Notes under the pieces: model-generated
What the model saw: only the letters and a program-made list of their open reading frames with translations
Databases searched by the model: none
Told to the model about the DNA's origin: nothing
Translations under genes and position numbers: made by a program
Shown: positions 18,544 to 29,362 of the stretch, piece by piece
Numbering within the stretch: position 1 is the stretch's first letter
Layout of the letters: each line of letters opens with the position of its first letter
Assembly (NCBI GenBank): GCA_947490395.1
Contig: CANLGW010000001.1
Span: 3,541-67,540 of the forward strand
Length of the DNA: 64,000 nucleotides
Direction: 5' to 3'
From: Alphaproteobacteria bacterium
GTDB lineage: Bacteria > Pseudomonadota > Alphaproteobacteria > Paracaedibacterales > CAIOTO01

Positions 18544-20808
18544 ATGAATTATTATCAATTCAGCCTTATAGCCTTAATCATGGCAACACACGCAGCAATA
18601 GCCACTGACATTCCCGTTAATTTAACAGCTGATCGCATACAATACGACGCGGCAAACAAAATTATAATAGCAGAGGGGCACGTTAATCTTACTCAAAAAG
18701 ACACCAAAGGCGTTCGAACACTCAGTGCGTCAAAACTTATTTACAACACAGCAGAAAGCACACTTACAGCATACAGTTCCACAACTCAAAAAATTCGCTA
18801 CATAGATATCAATAATGATGTCATTGAAGCAGATGAACTTTCACTTTCGCACGACTTTAAGACAGGCACCATAAAAACATTAACGCTTCTTACAAAGGAT
18901 AAAACAACCCTACATGCCACCAAAGGACATCGTCAAAATGACATCGTATCCACAATGGAAATGGCTGATTATACTCCCTGTACATTATGCAGTACAAAAA
19001 AACCAATGTGGCAATTAAAAGCCGATAAAATTGTTCATGATAAAGATAAGCAAACCATTGTATATACTAATGCACGCTTGGAAGTAAAAGGAATCCCCAT
19101 ATTCTACACACCTTATTTTTATCATCCAGATCCCACCGTCAAACGTCAATCAGGCATTTTGTCACCTGAATTTGGAAGCAACCAAGATCTTGGTTACACA
19201 TTTGGTATTCCTGTGTATTACGTCATTTCAGATCAAAATGACATCACTTTAACGCCTGTATTAACAACAAAACAATCAGGTATCATTAAAGGTGAATATC
19301 GTCAACGCTTTCATGATGGTGTCTTTAAAATAAATAGTAGTTATACTAAAACAAATAATCTGCCCAAGAAATCAACATCAGCCCCCCAAGCATGGAATGG
19401 CCCCCGTGAGCCAAATGCTGATCGCTGGAATGTTGCTATGCAATCACGCCTTGATATCAATGAGGAGCAACGGTTAAGCATGGATTTAAACCGCGCCAGT
19501 GACACAACTTATTTATCCCGGTACCGTCTGATTCGCCAATCACCATTTATCAGCGATAGTAAAAGTTTACGTTCAAACATCACATGGCAGCGTTTTACTG
19601 ACACAACCTATATGGATGTGAAATCACTTTTCTTTCAAACAGATGCCCCTAAAACAACCCCACTTGTTTTACCAAAGGGTATGTATCATTACCAAACTAA
19701 AGCACCAAAAATTGGCGGCGATTTTGCTATTGAGGGAGATGTTCTTGCCTTATACCGCGATTACCCTGTACCAGGTCGCTCAGGTACAAACATGTATCGC
19801 CTTTCAAATGGCGTATCCTGGCACCGCCCATGGGTTTTGCCATACGGACACATTATAACAGCACAAACAAAGGCACGCGGCGATGTGTACATAATGCGCC
19901 GTTATTACACCATAGCTGATCCAGCTACAATCAACCAAAATAAAACACTCGAACATCGCCACATACGTGTATTTCCCCAGGGAAGTCTTGATTGGCAATG
20001 GCCATTTCAAAAACGTATGTCCGTTACAAACTGGGTTATAAAACCACAGGCAACACTTGTATCTAATCCAACAACTCTTAATAATCGCTATATTCCAAAT
20101 GAAGATTCTCAAACGTTTGAGCTCGACGATACCAATCTTTTTGCCGCCAATCGTTTTGATGGAATTGATCGTGTTGACACAGGAACCAGAGCCATTACGG
20201 GGCTTGAAAATGAGCTCCGTTTTTCAAAGCAGCGTATGGTTGCTGTCTTTTTAGGGCAATCAAGACGCCTTGATAACCAACATGTCGTGCGAAATGGTCT
20301 TGGCGAAGACGCCAATAAAACAGATATAATCATGCGAATCAAGGCAAAGCCTGCCTCGTGGCTATCGAATCGTTACCGTATGGCTATTAATCCAAGCTTT
20401 AAAACCGTACGCTATTCAGAATTTGGCACGAGTATTGGAAAGCCAGTTTTTAAAATTGACGCCGCTCATGTTTTTCTCAATAAACATGCTACACAACAAA
20501 ACAACTATATTTCGCAGCTCAATCTTCAACTCTCTTCAAAATTCACAGAAACATGGAGCCTGTCTGTTGGTCAAATACGAAATTTAAAACAAACAAATGG
20601 TGGAACAAGCCTTGCGACCTTTATAGCAGCAACCTATGAAGATGAATGCTTTTCCTTTAATATGGGCGTATATCGATCAGGTTACCACGACCGCGATTTA
20701 AAACCCGATACCAGCTTTTTATTGTCCATCAACTTTAAAACACTAACGAATTTGAATGTATTGGGCGCACCAACATACCAACCAAGCCCGCTTACAGCAG
20801 GTCTATAG
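18544..20808 (+). CDS. lptD: LPS-assembly outer-membrane protein LptD
   Basis: The ORF track starts at 18508, inside lptG. I prefer the ATG at 18544 (MNYYQFSLIALIMATHAAIA signal peptide). An OstA-like N-domain (LTADRIQYDAANKIIIAEGHVNL) precedes a large beta-barrel region. Confidence 0.85.
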   Translation: MNYYQFSLIALIMATHAAIATDIPVNLTADRIQYDAANKIIIAEGHVNLTQKDTKGVRTLSASKLIYNTAESTLTAYSSTTQKIRYIDINNDVIEADELSLSHDFKTGTIKTLTLLTKDKTTLHATKGHRQNDIVSTMEMADYTPCTLCSTKKPMWQLKADKIVHDKDKQTIVYTNARLEVKGIPIFYTPYFYHPDPTVKRQSGILSPEFGSNQDLGYTFGIPVYYVISDQNDITLTPVLTTKQSGIIKGEYRQRFHDGVFKINSSYTKTNNLPKKSTSAPQAWNGPREPNADRWNVAMQSRLDINEEQRLSMDLNRASDTTYLSRYRLIRQSPFISDSKSLRSNITWQRFTDTTYMDVKSLFFQTDAPKTTPLVLPKGMYHYQTKAPKIGGDFAIEGDVLALYRDYPVPGRSGTNMYRLSNGVSWHRPWVLPYGHIITAQTKARGDVYIMRRYYTIADPATINQNKTLEHRHIRVFPQGSLDWQWPFQKRMSVTNWVIKPQATLVSNPTTLNNRYIPNEDSQTFELDDTNLFAANRFDGIDRVDTGTRAITGLENELRFSKQRMVAVFLGQSRRLDNQHVVRNGLGEDANKTDIIMRIKAKPASWLSNRYRMAINPSFKTVRYSEFGTSIGKPVFKIDAAHVFLNKHATQQNNYISQLNLQLSSKFTETWSLSVGQIRNLKQTNGGTSLATFIAATYEDECFSFNMGVYRSGYHDRDLKPDTSFLLSINFKTLTNLNVLGAPTYQPSPLTAGL

Positions 20809-20846
20809 AATAATTAAATTCAAAACACATACATTACGCACCAGCC

Positions 20847-23105
20847 TTAATCTGTAAACTTATTCGTTCTCGGGAATCCAATAGGCGCCAATCGTCCTGC
20901 CGCCGCACGTTTTCCAAGCCATGAACGCAAATCCTTTTGGTGATATTCTTTACCTGCACGTGTCCACTGCAATCCATCAGCAATCGTGATAATTTTAATG
21001 TCAGATACACTACCATCTTTATATTTTTGGAAAGATACCCCTTTTCCACGTACCATTTCGGGCAAATCAGAAACAGGGAAGAATAATAACTTTCGATTTT
21101 CACCCAAAATCGCAATATGGTCACCCGTAATCGGCATACACGCAAACGGTTTTTCTTTATCATCAAGCGTTAATACTTGCTTCCCACTTTTTGTTTGCGC
21201 CAAGATATCATCTGCCTTAACAATAAAACCACGCGCAGATGTTGAAATAAGAACAAAGCGCTGTTCAGTACCAGGTGTTATAATAAAGGCATATAAAATA
21301 TCATCCGTATTTTCAAGCTCAATACTCATTCGAATTGGATCACCATGACCACGTGTGCGGTTGATTTTATCAACACCAATCGTGAAAAAACGCCCACTCG
21401 TCGCAAGCAATAACAACTTATCTGTCGTGCTGGCATTCAATACATAACGCTCTTCATCACCATCTTTATATTTTAAATCACTGGTATTATGTCCTTTAAT
21501 CGTGCGAATCCAATTTTTCAATGACAAAACAACCGTTACGTCTTCCTTTTCAATAACATCTTCTGAAGGTACAATAATCACATCAGGTGCCGATGACAAA
21601 TCTGTACGCCGTTTCCCTATGACTGTTTGCTTACCGAATCGTTTTTGGAGTTCTTTCAAATCTTTAGCAATCAGCGCTCTTTTTTTCTTCGGATCTGCTA
21701 ATAACGCTTCAAGTTGTCCCTGTTCATTCGTCAGTTCATCAAACTCTTTACGAATTTCAATTTCCTGAATTTTACGAAGCGCCCGAAGACGCATATTCAA
21801 GATCGCCTCAACTTGCGTTTCAGTCAAATCAAAACGCGTCATCATGACAGCCTTCGGATCATCCTCTTCACGAATAATTTGAATAATTTCATCCAAATTC
21901 AAATAAACAATCAGCAATCCTTTTAAGATCTCAAGGCGCGCCAAAATTTGCATTAACCGATGCTGTGTTCGTCTCTCTAAAACAACCAAGCGGTGATCCA
22001 AGAAACAAACCAAAACTTCCTTAATATTCATCACTCGTGGCACCGTATTGGCATCCAAAACGTTTAGATTCAATGGGATACGTATATCAAGGTCAGTCGT
22101 TCGAAACAATGATTCCATCAATACAGTAGGATCAACATTTCGATTTTTTGGCACCAACGCAACACGCACGTCATCCGTTGATTCATCTTGAATATCATCA
22201 AGCAAAGGCAACTTTTTATCACTAAGTAACGTTGCTATTTTTTCAATAAGTTTTGATTTTTCAACCGTATAGGGAATTTCAGTAATGATGATCCTATATT
22301 GACCGTTCTTCAGATCTTCTATCTCAAAGCGTGCACGAAGGCGAAAACTCCCTCTCCCTGTTTCATAAGCTTTTAAGATCGCACTTGAATCTTCAACTAA
22401 AATACCACCCGTTGGGAAATCAGGGCCTGGAATATGCTCAACAACATCAGCAACGGTTGCATTTGGATTATTTAATAATAATAACAAGCCATTGCATAAC
22501 TCATCCAAATTGTGGGGTGGCACCGATGTTGCCATACCAACTGCAATACCTGTTGATCCATTGGCTAATAAATTTGGAAATGATGATGGAAACACCATAG
22601 GCTCTTCCGATTCACCATCATAGGTGGATCTGAAATCAACCGCATCCTCATCAAGCCCATCCATCAATTCCATAGCAATGGGTGTTAAACGTGCTTCGGT
22701 ATACCGCATTGCTGCCGCTGAATCACCATCAATATTACCAAAGTTTCCCTGTCCATCAATCAGAGGATAGCGTACCGAAAAATCCTGCGCCAAACGCACA
22801 AGCGCACCATAAATAGCAGAATCACCATGGGGATGAAATTTACCCATTACGTCTCCAACCACACGTGCACATTTTTTAAATCCTGATTGCGGATTTAAAC
22901 GCAATTGCTGCATCGCATAGATAAGGCGCCTGTGAACAGGTTTTAATCCATCACGCACATCTGGTAATGACCGTGACATAATCGTTGACAACGCATACGC
23001 AAGGTAACGTTCGCTGATTGCTTTTTCAAAGTCAACACTCACAATATGATCGGTTTTATGTGATGGCATTATCGATTCTCCTGACATTATGTTCGAATCT
23101 AGCAC
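20847..23105 (-). CDS. parC: DNA topoisomerase IV subunit A
   Basis: 752 aa. [34 protein letters not shown] carries the catalytic-Tyr region. The length and short C-terminal domain fit ParC rather than GyrA. Confidence 0.85.
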   Translation of the reverse strand: MLDSNIMSGESIMPSHKTDHIVSVDFEKAISERYLAYALSTIMSRSLPDVRDGLKPVHRRLIYAMQQLRLNPQSGFKKCARVVGDVMGKFHPHGDSAIYGALVRLAQDFSVRYPLIDGQGNFGNIDGDSAAAMRYTEARLTPIAMELMDGLDEDAVDFRSTYDGESEEPMVFPSSFPNLLANGSTGIAVGMATSVPPHNLDELCNGLLLLLNNPNATVADVVEHIPGPDFPTGGILVEDSSAILKAYETGRGSFRLRARFEIEDLKNGQYRIIITEIPYTVEKSKLIEKIATLLSDKKLPLLDDIQDESTDDVRVALVPKNRNVDPTVLMESLFRTTDLDIRIPLNLNVLDANTVPRVMNIKEVLVCFLDHRLVVLERRTQHRLMQILARLEILKGLLIVYLNLDEIIQIIREEDDPKAVMMTRFDLTETQVEAILNMRLRALRKIQEIEIRKEFDELTNEQGQLEALLADPKKKRALIAKDLKELQKRFGKQTVIGKRRTDLSSAPDVIIVPSEDVIEKEDVTVVLSLKNWIRTIKGHNTSDLKYKDGDEERYVLNASTTDKLLLLATSGRFFTIGVDKINRTRGHGDPIRMSIELENTDDILYAFIITPGTEQRFVLISTSARGFIVKADDILAQTKSGKQVLTLDDKEKPFACMPITGDHIAILGENRKLLFFPVSDLPEMVRGKGVSFQKYKDGSVSDIKIITIADGLQWTRAGKEYHQKDLRSWLGKRAAAGRLAPIGFPRTNKFTD

Positions 23106-23189
23106 AAAACCATACGATCATTCATTACTTTTCAGATGCAATTTAAAAAGGGACAACTTGAAGCAACACCACCTCCTCCTGAAAACACT

Positions 23190-24023
23190 TTAGTTAATAC
23201 GCATAAGTGCCGAAAGCACATATTCCGCAAACATTATCTCTTGACTAATAGCTTTGCGTTTGTTGTGTCCTTCATAAGGACCTTCTTTGTCATTCGCTTT
23301 ATTGACCGTCTGTAAAACAGCTGCGGCATGCTTATTAAAATCTTTAGCCACTCTAAACAAAACGGCGCTTTCCATATCAAAGCTTTCATTTTTATCGGTT
23401 CGTTTAATTTGTGCTAACTGCTGCTTCAATATCTTTTCACGCTCTGGTGAAAAACGTTCAGGTTTACGAAGGGCATGATAATTCTCCAAATGATGGCAAA
23501 TACGCTCCTCCACACACAAATCCCGGTTCGTCGCCTCTTCCCGAAGAACGCCTAACAATGTTTCCGATGCAAATATTGACTTTCCCCATTCGTTTTCTGG
23601 AACAGCACTAGCTTTATTATAACCATACAAATTATCAGTTTCATTAATAATTTTCACAAGATTTTCTTCATGATCAAGAGGCTCTTTCACATCATCTGAT
23701 CCATAACGGATAATATACTCAGCACCAGCTGAATAGAGTTCCGTAAACATGAGTCCAGCTCCGCTACCCACAGGCGCGCTTGCAATAAAAACGGCATGAC
23801 CTTTGTATAACCCAACATACACTTTTGGTCCCCAATTAGATTTATAAGTTTTTACATTTGTAAGGATCTTACGAATACGTTCAACACGATCATGATTAGA
23901 ACAGACAATACCTTTTTTAGGCATTGGTACGCGAACAAATAAATTATCCGACAAAGTAATAAAGATTTGCGCACTAAATGTTTGACTCAAAAAAACAAAT
24001 AGACATAAGATACACTTTAACAT
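23190..24023 (-). CDS. Nucleoside phosphorylase superfamily (PNP/UDP-1) protein with an N-terminal signal peptide
   Basis: 277 aa. MLKCILCLFVFLSQTFSA looks like a Sec signal. APVGSGAGLMFTELYSAGAEYIIRYGS and FDMESAVLFRVAKDFNKHAAAVLQTV resemble the phosphate- and nucleoside-binding strands of the Udp/DeoD family. Confidence 0.6.
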   Translation of the reverse strand: MLKCILCLFVFLSQTFSAQIFITLSDNLFVRVPMPKKGIVCSNHDRVERIRKILTNVKTYKSNWGPKVYVGLYKGHAVFIASAPVGSGAGLMFTELYSAGAEYIIRYGSDDVKEPLDHEENLVKIINETDNLYGYNKASAVPENEWGKSIFASETLLGVLREEATNRDLCVEERICHHLENYHALRKPERFSPEREKILKQQLAQIKRTDKNESFDMESAVLFRVAKDFNKHAAAVLQTVNKANDKEGPYEGHNKRKAISQEIMFAEYVLSALMRIN

Positions 24024-24171
24024 TATACTTCCTTTATTTAAAATTGACTTATTATATTAATGCACTATAAAATGACGCTTTTTCAAAAAGAGACCATACA
24101 CTAATTTATAAAAAAAAACACTTACTATTTTAATAATATTAACTCAACTATCTGTAAAAAGCACAGAATCA

Positions 24172-25491
24172 TCACGAGTACGACAAATTTTTCATTGACA
24201 TATTTACTTTTTCAATACTTTCAAGATTTTCATAATGATTAACAGCCCATAAATAGCCAATTGTAGCTGGCAATAGAATCACCCAAATCCCCCAATGCCC
24301 TAAGAATTCAGTTAAGTATACAAGCCCAAATGAAGTAATAACATACGTTACAGCCCGTGAAAGCGAATATAAAAAACTCGTTGCTGTTACGCGTTTTAAA
24401 ACAGGAATATGTTTAACAAAAATACCAACAGCAGGATAATCACCAAGTGCAACAATGATAAGAACCGCTTGTAAAATAAATAATTGATAATGAGACGTCG
24501 TCATGTAAATTAGAATGGGAAATAAAATACTTAGCCCCAGGAATATGTAACCTTTTACCTTTAGAATAAACAAAGGGAATATTTTAAAACTCATAACGGA
24601 CAACACATAACAGGAAACAACATGAATAATTGATAATACGAAATTATGCAAAATAACATCTTCTGGTGTATAGCCATACACTCTCTGCAAGATTGAATTA
24701 AAATACATATACGCAAGGAAAAAACAAACAGGCCAGCCACAATAAATAAAGAAAAAAGCAACCGTTGTTTGATTCTTCATTTTCTCACAATCAGTGACTT
24801 GATGAGATTCATCAGATCCAGCATTTTTTTGTTGCTGCTTTTTATTTCGTTTATTTATTTTTTCAATAAAATCAGGGGTTTCGCGTAAACGTGTTCGTGC
24901 AATTGAACCCGCAGCCGCGATAGCCGCACCTACCCAAAAAGCAATACGCCAATTAAGACCAACTGTCGTGACAAGAGCAGACATAGCAAGTGCCGCACAC
25001 GAACCCGTAAAAGCCGCTAAACTAATAAATGAGACTGCAGGGTACTGAACCGGCGGCTTTGTAATTTCAGTCATATAAACAAGCGCACCCATAATTTCAC
25101 CCATACTCGAGAGCCCCTGAAATACACGGCATAAAGTAACACACCACGCAGCTGTAATACCAATTTGTGCGTATGTGGGCAAATTAGCCATGATAACGCA
25201 CGAAAGTGACATAAGTGCTGTTGTAATGATGATTGTCGTTTTCCGACCATAATTATCACCAATATAACCAAATAAAATAGCGCCAAAAGGTCTCAATACA
25301 AACGTTGAACAAAAAGCAAAGGCTGTTAAAAGCGATGCTGTGTGTGGGTCTGTTTTCGGAAAAAATAAACTATTTAATAAAACGGCCATATGCACATACA
25401 GCATAAGATCGAAATATTCAAGGAACGTACCAATTTGCAAAAGCGCAACGGCTTCTTTTTGTTGTTTGTTTAACGACGAAAGTATTTTCAT
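24172..25491 (-). CDS. MFS transporter, ProP-like (proline/betaine family)
   Basis: 439 aa with 12 predicted helices and a charged central loop. GYIGDNYGRKTTI is the MFS signature. Confidence 0.75.
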   Translation of the reverse strand: MKILSSLNKQQKEAVALLQIGTFLEYFDLMLYVHMAVLLNSLFFPKTDPHTASLLTAFAFCSTFVLRPFGAILFGYIGDNYGRKTTIIITTALMSLSCVIMANLPTYAQIGITAAWCVTLCRVFQGLSSMGEIMGALVYMTEITKPPVQYPAVSFISLAAFTGSCAALAMSALVTTVGLNWRIAFWVGAAIAAAGSIARTRLRETPDFIEKINKRNKKQQQKNAGSDESHQVTDCEKMKNQTTVAFFFIYCGWPVCFFLAYMYFNSILQRVYGYTPEDVILHNFVLSIIHVVSCYVLSVMSFKIFPLFILKVKGYIFLGLSILFPILIYMTTSHYQLFILQAVLIIVALGDYPAVGIFVKHIPVLKRVTATSFLYSLSRAVTYVITSFGLVYLTEFLGHWGIWVILLPATIGYLWAVNHYENLESIEKVNMSMKNLSYS

Positions 25492-25627
25492 GTATTATAT
25501 TCCAAAAAAGTACTCATGTTATCTTGTATGCCATCTTCCAAAAGCAAAACACCAGTTGAAGAATGCATGATTTTGCGCATGTTTTTCAAAAATCAAAGAA
25601 AAATAGCGTCACTAAGGAAATATATTT

Positions 25628-26734
25628 CTAGTCACCGCGCCCTTTAGATAAATCAATACGACGATCAACCATCATATAACAAAGATCGCCCAACAGATGC
25701 AGCCCCATCCCAAGAAGTGTAAACATATAGAGCGTCCCAAACATCACAGGGTAATCACGACTAAGGGCAGCCTCAAACCCCAGCAAACCAAGCCCATCCA
25801 AAGAAAAGAGGACTTCAATCAGCAATGAAGACGTAAACAAAACAGCAATAAAAGCAGCTGGAAAACCAGCAATCACGATCAACATTGCATTACGAAACAC
25901 ATGATGATACAAAACACGATGTTTTGTTGCCCCCTTTGCATACGCTGTTAAAACGTATTGTTTATTAATTTCTTCCAAAAATGAATTCTTTGTAAGAAGG
26001 GTAAGCTTAGCAAATCCACTCATAATCATAGATGTCAGAGGAAGCGCTAAATGCCAAAAATAGTCTTTACACTTTCCGAACAACGAGAGCGTTTCAAAAT
26101 TATCCGACGTTAAACCGCGAAGTGGAAAAACGCTAAAAAAACTGCCGCCTGAAAAAAGAATAATCAGTAAAAGCGCAAACAAAAAACTCGGCACAGCATA
26201 CGCGATAATAACCAGCACGCTTGTCCAAACATCAAAGGCCGAACCATGCTTGACTGCTTTCGAAATACCAAGCGGAATTGAAATTAAATACACAAAAAAC
26301 GTTGTCCAAAGACCAAGCGATATTGAAACACTTAGTTTCTCTTTGACAAGGGATACAACGCTTTTATTGCGAAAATAACTTTTGCCAAAATCGAATGTTA
26401 GGTAATTTTTAATCATCAAAAAAAATCGTTCGTGTGCAGGCTTATCAAACCCAAATTGCTTTTCTAAATCTTTAATAAACGCAGGATCAATCCCATGCGC
26501 TCCTTTATACGATGCTGAATGATCTCCACCAAAACCCGCCGTTGCACCGCCGAACATATCATCACCGCCACCAAAACGAATGTCAATATCAGAACTCTGC
26601 CCACGCATTTTGGATAAAATCTGCTGAACGGGTCCGCCAGGTGCAGCCTGAATAATCATGAAATTAATCAACATAATACCAAACAATGTCGGGATCATAA
26701 GTAAAATACGTTTTAAAATATAGTTTAACAGCAT
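25628..26734 (-). CDS. yejB: YejB-type ABC importer permease
   Basis: 368 aa, collinear with my recollection of E. coli YejB (IQAAPGGPV, GFDKPAHERF, ALSRDYPVMFGTLY). Confidence 0.8.
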   Translation of the reverse strand: MLLNYILKRILLMIPTLFGIMLINFMIIQAAPGGPVQQILSKMRGQSSDIDIRFGGGDDMFGGATAGFGGDHSASYKGAHGIDPAFIKDLEKQFGFDKPAHERFFLMIKNYLTFDFGKSYFRNKSVVSLVKEKLSVSISLGLWTTFFVYLISIPLGISKAVKHGSAFDVWTSVLVIIAYAVPSFLFALLLIILFSGGSFFSVFPLRGLTSDNFETLSLFGKCKDYFWHLALPLTSMIMSGFAKLTLLTKNSFLEEINKQYVLTAYAKGATKHRVLYHHVFRNAMLIVIAGFPAAFIAVLFTSSLLIEVLFSLDGLGLLGFEAALSRDYPVMFGTLYMFTLLGMGLHLLGDLCYMMVDRRIDLSKGRGD

Positions 26735-26925
26735 AGCAAATCAGCAAAAAAATCAGATACTTATTTTTAGCACGGAATTCATAACGACTGGAGGTTTTTT
26801 CAACAAATTCTTATTTTTTTTCATCTTATGTAAAAAATGAATCCTCAAACGTGCTTTTTACGTTTTCGCCATCCGTCTTCTTGTGTTAACTATAAGGTTG
26901 GACTGTATCATTTCATACCATATTT

Positions 26926-28059
26926 ATGCTTAAAATATTTATTCGCCTAGCGCCTATTATTCTTATTGGTTTTCTTTTTTATACATTTGGCATTAAAAAA
27001 GATAAACATTCTAAAGCTGTTGTAGAAGCCAACATTGTTAGCGTGTATGACTGGTACGGTATGTTACCACCTGATGTAATTAATGCTTTTGAAAAAGAAA
27101 CAGGCATTCGTGTACGCCTTGATGTCTTTGATAATAACGAAGTATTAGAGGCAAAATTACTCGCCAGCAACTCAGGCTATGATGTTGTGTTTCCAACCGC
27201 AAGCCCTTACGTTTCACGACAAATTAAAGCAGGTATTTATCAACCATTAAATAAGGCATCATTGCCAAATTTAAAAGGACTAAATACTGTTATTTATGAA
27301 AAGATGAACACCATAGATCCAGGCTTAGTGTATGCCATACCCTACTATTGGGGAACACTCGGCATTGCAATGGACAAAGATAAAGTCCAAAAAATCCTAC
27401 CTCATGCGAACCTCAATCATTATGACACCCTTTTTAAACCTGAAAATCTTGCCAAATTGAAAAGTTGCGGTGTTAGTTTTCTCGAAGAAGCGACCGATGT
27501 CATCCCCCTTATCTTGCATTATTTAGGACGGCCAAGTGATAGCGAAACAACAGATGATTTAAAAGCGGCAACAGAGCATTTAATCAAACTAAGACCATCA
27601 ATTCGACGTTTTTCATCATCGCGCTTTATTAATGACCTTGTATTAGGGGATACATGCATTGCACAAGCCTGGTCTGGCGAGGCACAAAAAGCAGAAGAAG
27701 AAGCAAAAGAATTAGGGCGAACCATCATTTATATCGTTCCAGAAGAAGGTACAACTTTATGGATTGATTGTATTGCCATTCCTGTCGGTGCGCCGCACCC
27801 AACAAATGCACATACATTCATTAACTTCTTACTGCGACCTGAAATTGCTGCTAAAATAACAAACTATTCAAAAATTCCAACTGTTATTGAAACATCACTC
27901 CCCATGATTGATAGCGGTTTACGTCAAAACAAAGCCATTTACCCAAAATCAGATTTAATGAAAAAATTACGTCTTGATGCCCCACAAACAAGTGAAAAAA
28001 GTTTAAACTACGATCGTCTTCGAACAAAAGCATGGACGATGATTCGACTTAACCGATGA
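26926..28059 (+). CDS. Polyamine (spermidine/putrescine) ABC transporter substrate-binding protein, PotD/PotF family
   Basis: 377 aa with an N-terminal anchor/signal. YDWYGMLPPDVINAFEKETGIRV and AIPYYWGTLGIA are PotD/PotF-like. Confidence 0.8.
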   Translation: MLKIFIRLAPIILIGFLFYTFGIKKDKHSKAVVEANIVSVYDWYGMLPPDVINAFEKETGIRVRLDVFDNNEVLEAKLLASNSGYDVVFPTASPYVSRQIKAGIYQPLNKASLPNLKGLNTVIYEKMNTIDPGLVYAIPYYWGTLGIAMDKDKVQKILPHANLNHYDTLFKPENLAKLKSCGVSFLEEATDVIPLILHYLGRPSDSETTDDLKAATEHLIKLRPSIRRFSSSRFINDLVLGDTCIAQAWSGEAQKAEEEAKELGRTIIYIVPEEGTTLWIDCIAIPVGAPHPTNAHTFINFLLRPEIAAKITNYSKIPTVIETSLPMIDSGLRQNKAIYPKSDLMKKLRLDAPQTSEKSLNYDRLRTKAWTMIRLNR

Positions 28060-28111
28060 CACAGAAGTAATATCATCACCCATTAGAACCGTCATTAAAA
28101 GGTAATTACAC

Positions 28112-29362
28112 ATGCAAAACAGACCGGCCAGCCAACACCTTGAACCGTGGCATAATCCGAATGCAAAACCATATATTCAGCTTGAGAACATTAGCAAAAG
28201 CTTTGGCCCAGTCAATGCAGTTAAAAATCTAAATCTATCCATTCATCAAGGAGAGCTCTTTTCATTGCTCGGCGCATCAGGATGCGGTAAAAGCACCCTT
28301 TTACGCATGCTTGCTGGCTTTGAACAACCAACATCAGGACGCATTTTAATTGATGGCATTGATATCACCAGCTGGCCTGCCTATAAACGCCCTGTTAACA
28401 TGATGTTTCAATCCTACGCATTGTTCCCACATATGACGGTTTATCAGAACATTGCCTTTGGCCTCAAGCAAGAGCACATGCATAACGACGAAATTGATCA
28501 ACGCGTCCGACAAGTACTTGATCTTGTACAAATGGGATCATTTGCCGAAAGACGCCCCAATCAATTATCAGGGGGACAACGCCAACGTGTTGCCCTTGCC
28601 CGAAGTCTTGTTAAACGACCAAAATTGCTTTTACTTGACGAGCCCATGGCCGCACTTGATAAAAAACTACGCGAACAGACGCAATTTGAATTGGTTAACA
28701 TTCAAGAAAAAGTGGGTATTACCTTTATTTTGGTCACTCATGATCAAGAAGAAGCCATGACCATGTCCACACGTATGGCCATCATGGAAGAAGGGCGTAT
28801 CCGTCAAACGGGCGTTCCTCACGACATTTATGAGTTTCCAAATTCACGTTATGTCGCTGAATTTATTGGCACAATGAATGTCTTTGATGGCATTGTGATT
28901 GAGGATGCGCCTGATCACGTCATCATTGAATCACCAGAGGCTGGGTGCCAACTTCAAATAACACATGCCGCAGCCATGCCATTAGGATCACATGTATCGG
29001 TCGCGATTCGTCCTGAAAAAGTTATGATTTCAACAACGAAACCGATAGAAAATAATACAATCATTAGCAGCGATCTCTTATTAACCGACACCACGATTGA
29101 TATAGCGCAACATGAGCCACAAGCAGAAAATACACCTACAGAATACCAATCCACCACAAACAACCGAAATTTTGCAAAAGGTATCGTTCGCGAAATCGGG
29201 TATTTGGGGGATATGTCAATCTATCATATTGAACTAGAATCAGGAAAACGCGTCCAGGTAGCCGTTACAAATCTGCTGCGCCTAACCGAACGCGATGTCA
29301 AATGGGATGACGAAGTGTATATTTATTGGCGTGCCGAAAATGGCATCGTTTTAACAGGATGA
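28112..29362 (+). CDS. potA: Polyamine ABC transporter ATPase, PotA/PotG family
   Basis: 416 aa. Walker A is GASGCGKST, the signature is LSGGQRQR, and a TOBE-like C-terminus is interrupted by a roughly 40-aa low-complexity insert (ISSDLLLTDTTIDIAQHEPQAENTPTEYQSTTNN). Confidence 0.85.
   Translation: MQNRPASQHLEPWHNPNAKPYIQLENISKSFGPVNAVKNLNLSIHQGELFSLLGASGCGKSTLLRMLAGFEQPTSGRILIDGIDITSWPAYKRPVNMMFQSYALFPHMTVYQNIAFGLKQEHMHNDEIDQRVRQVLDLVQMGSFAERRPNQLSGGQRQRVALARSLVKRPKLLLLDEPMAALDKKLREQTQFELVNIQEKVGITFILVTHDQEEAMTMSTRMAIMEEGRIRQTGVPHDIYEFPNSRYVAEFIGTMNVFDGIVIEDAPDHVIIESPEAGCQLQITHAAAMPLGSHVSVAIRPEKVMISTTKPIENNTIISSDLLLTDTTIDIAQHEPQAENTPTEYQSTTNNRNFAKGIVREIGYLGDMSIYHIELESGKRVQVAVTNLLRLTERDVKWDDEVYIYWRAENGIVLTG

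Noticed and set aside
24044-24071. A near-consensus sigma-70 promoter on the plus strand (TTGACT-N16-TATAAA) pointing antisense into the ProP-like MFS gene.
   Set aside because: Such hexamer pairs arise by chance in AT-rich spacers. Only a 10-codon ORF follows. There is no support without transcript data.
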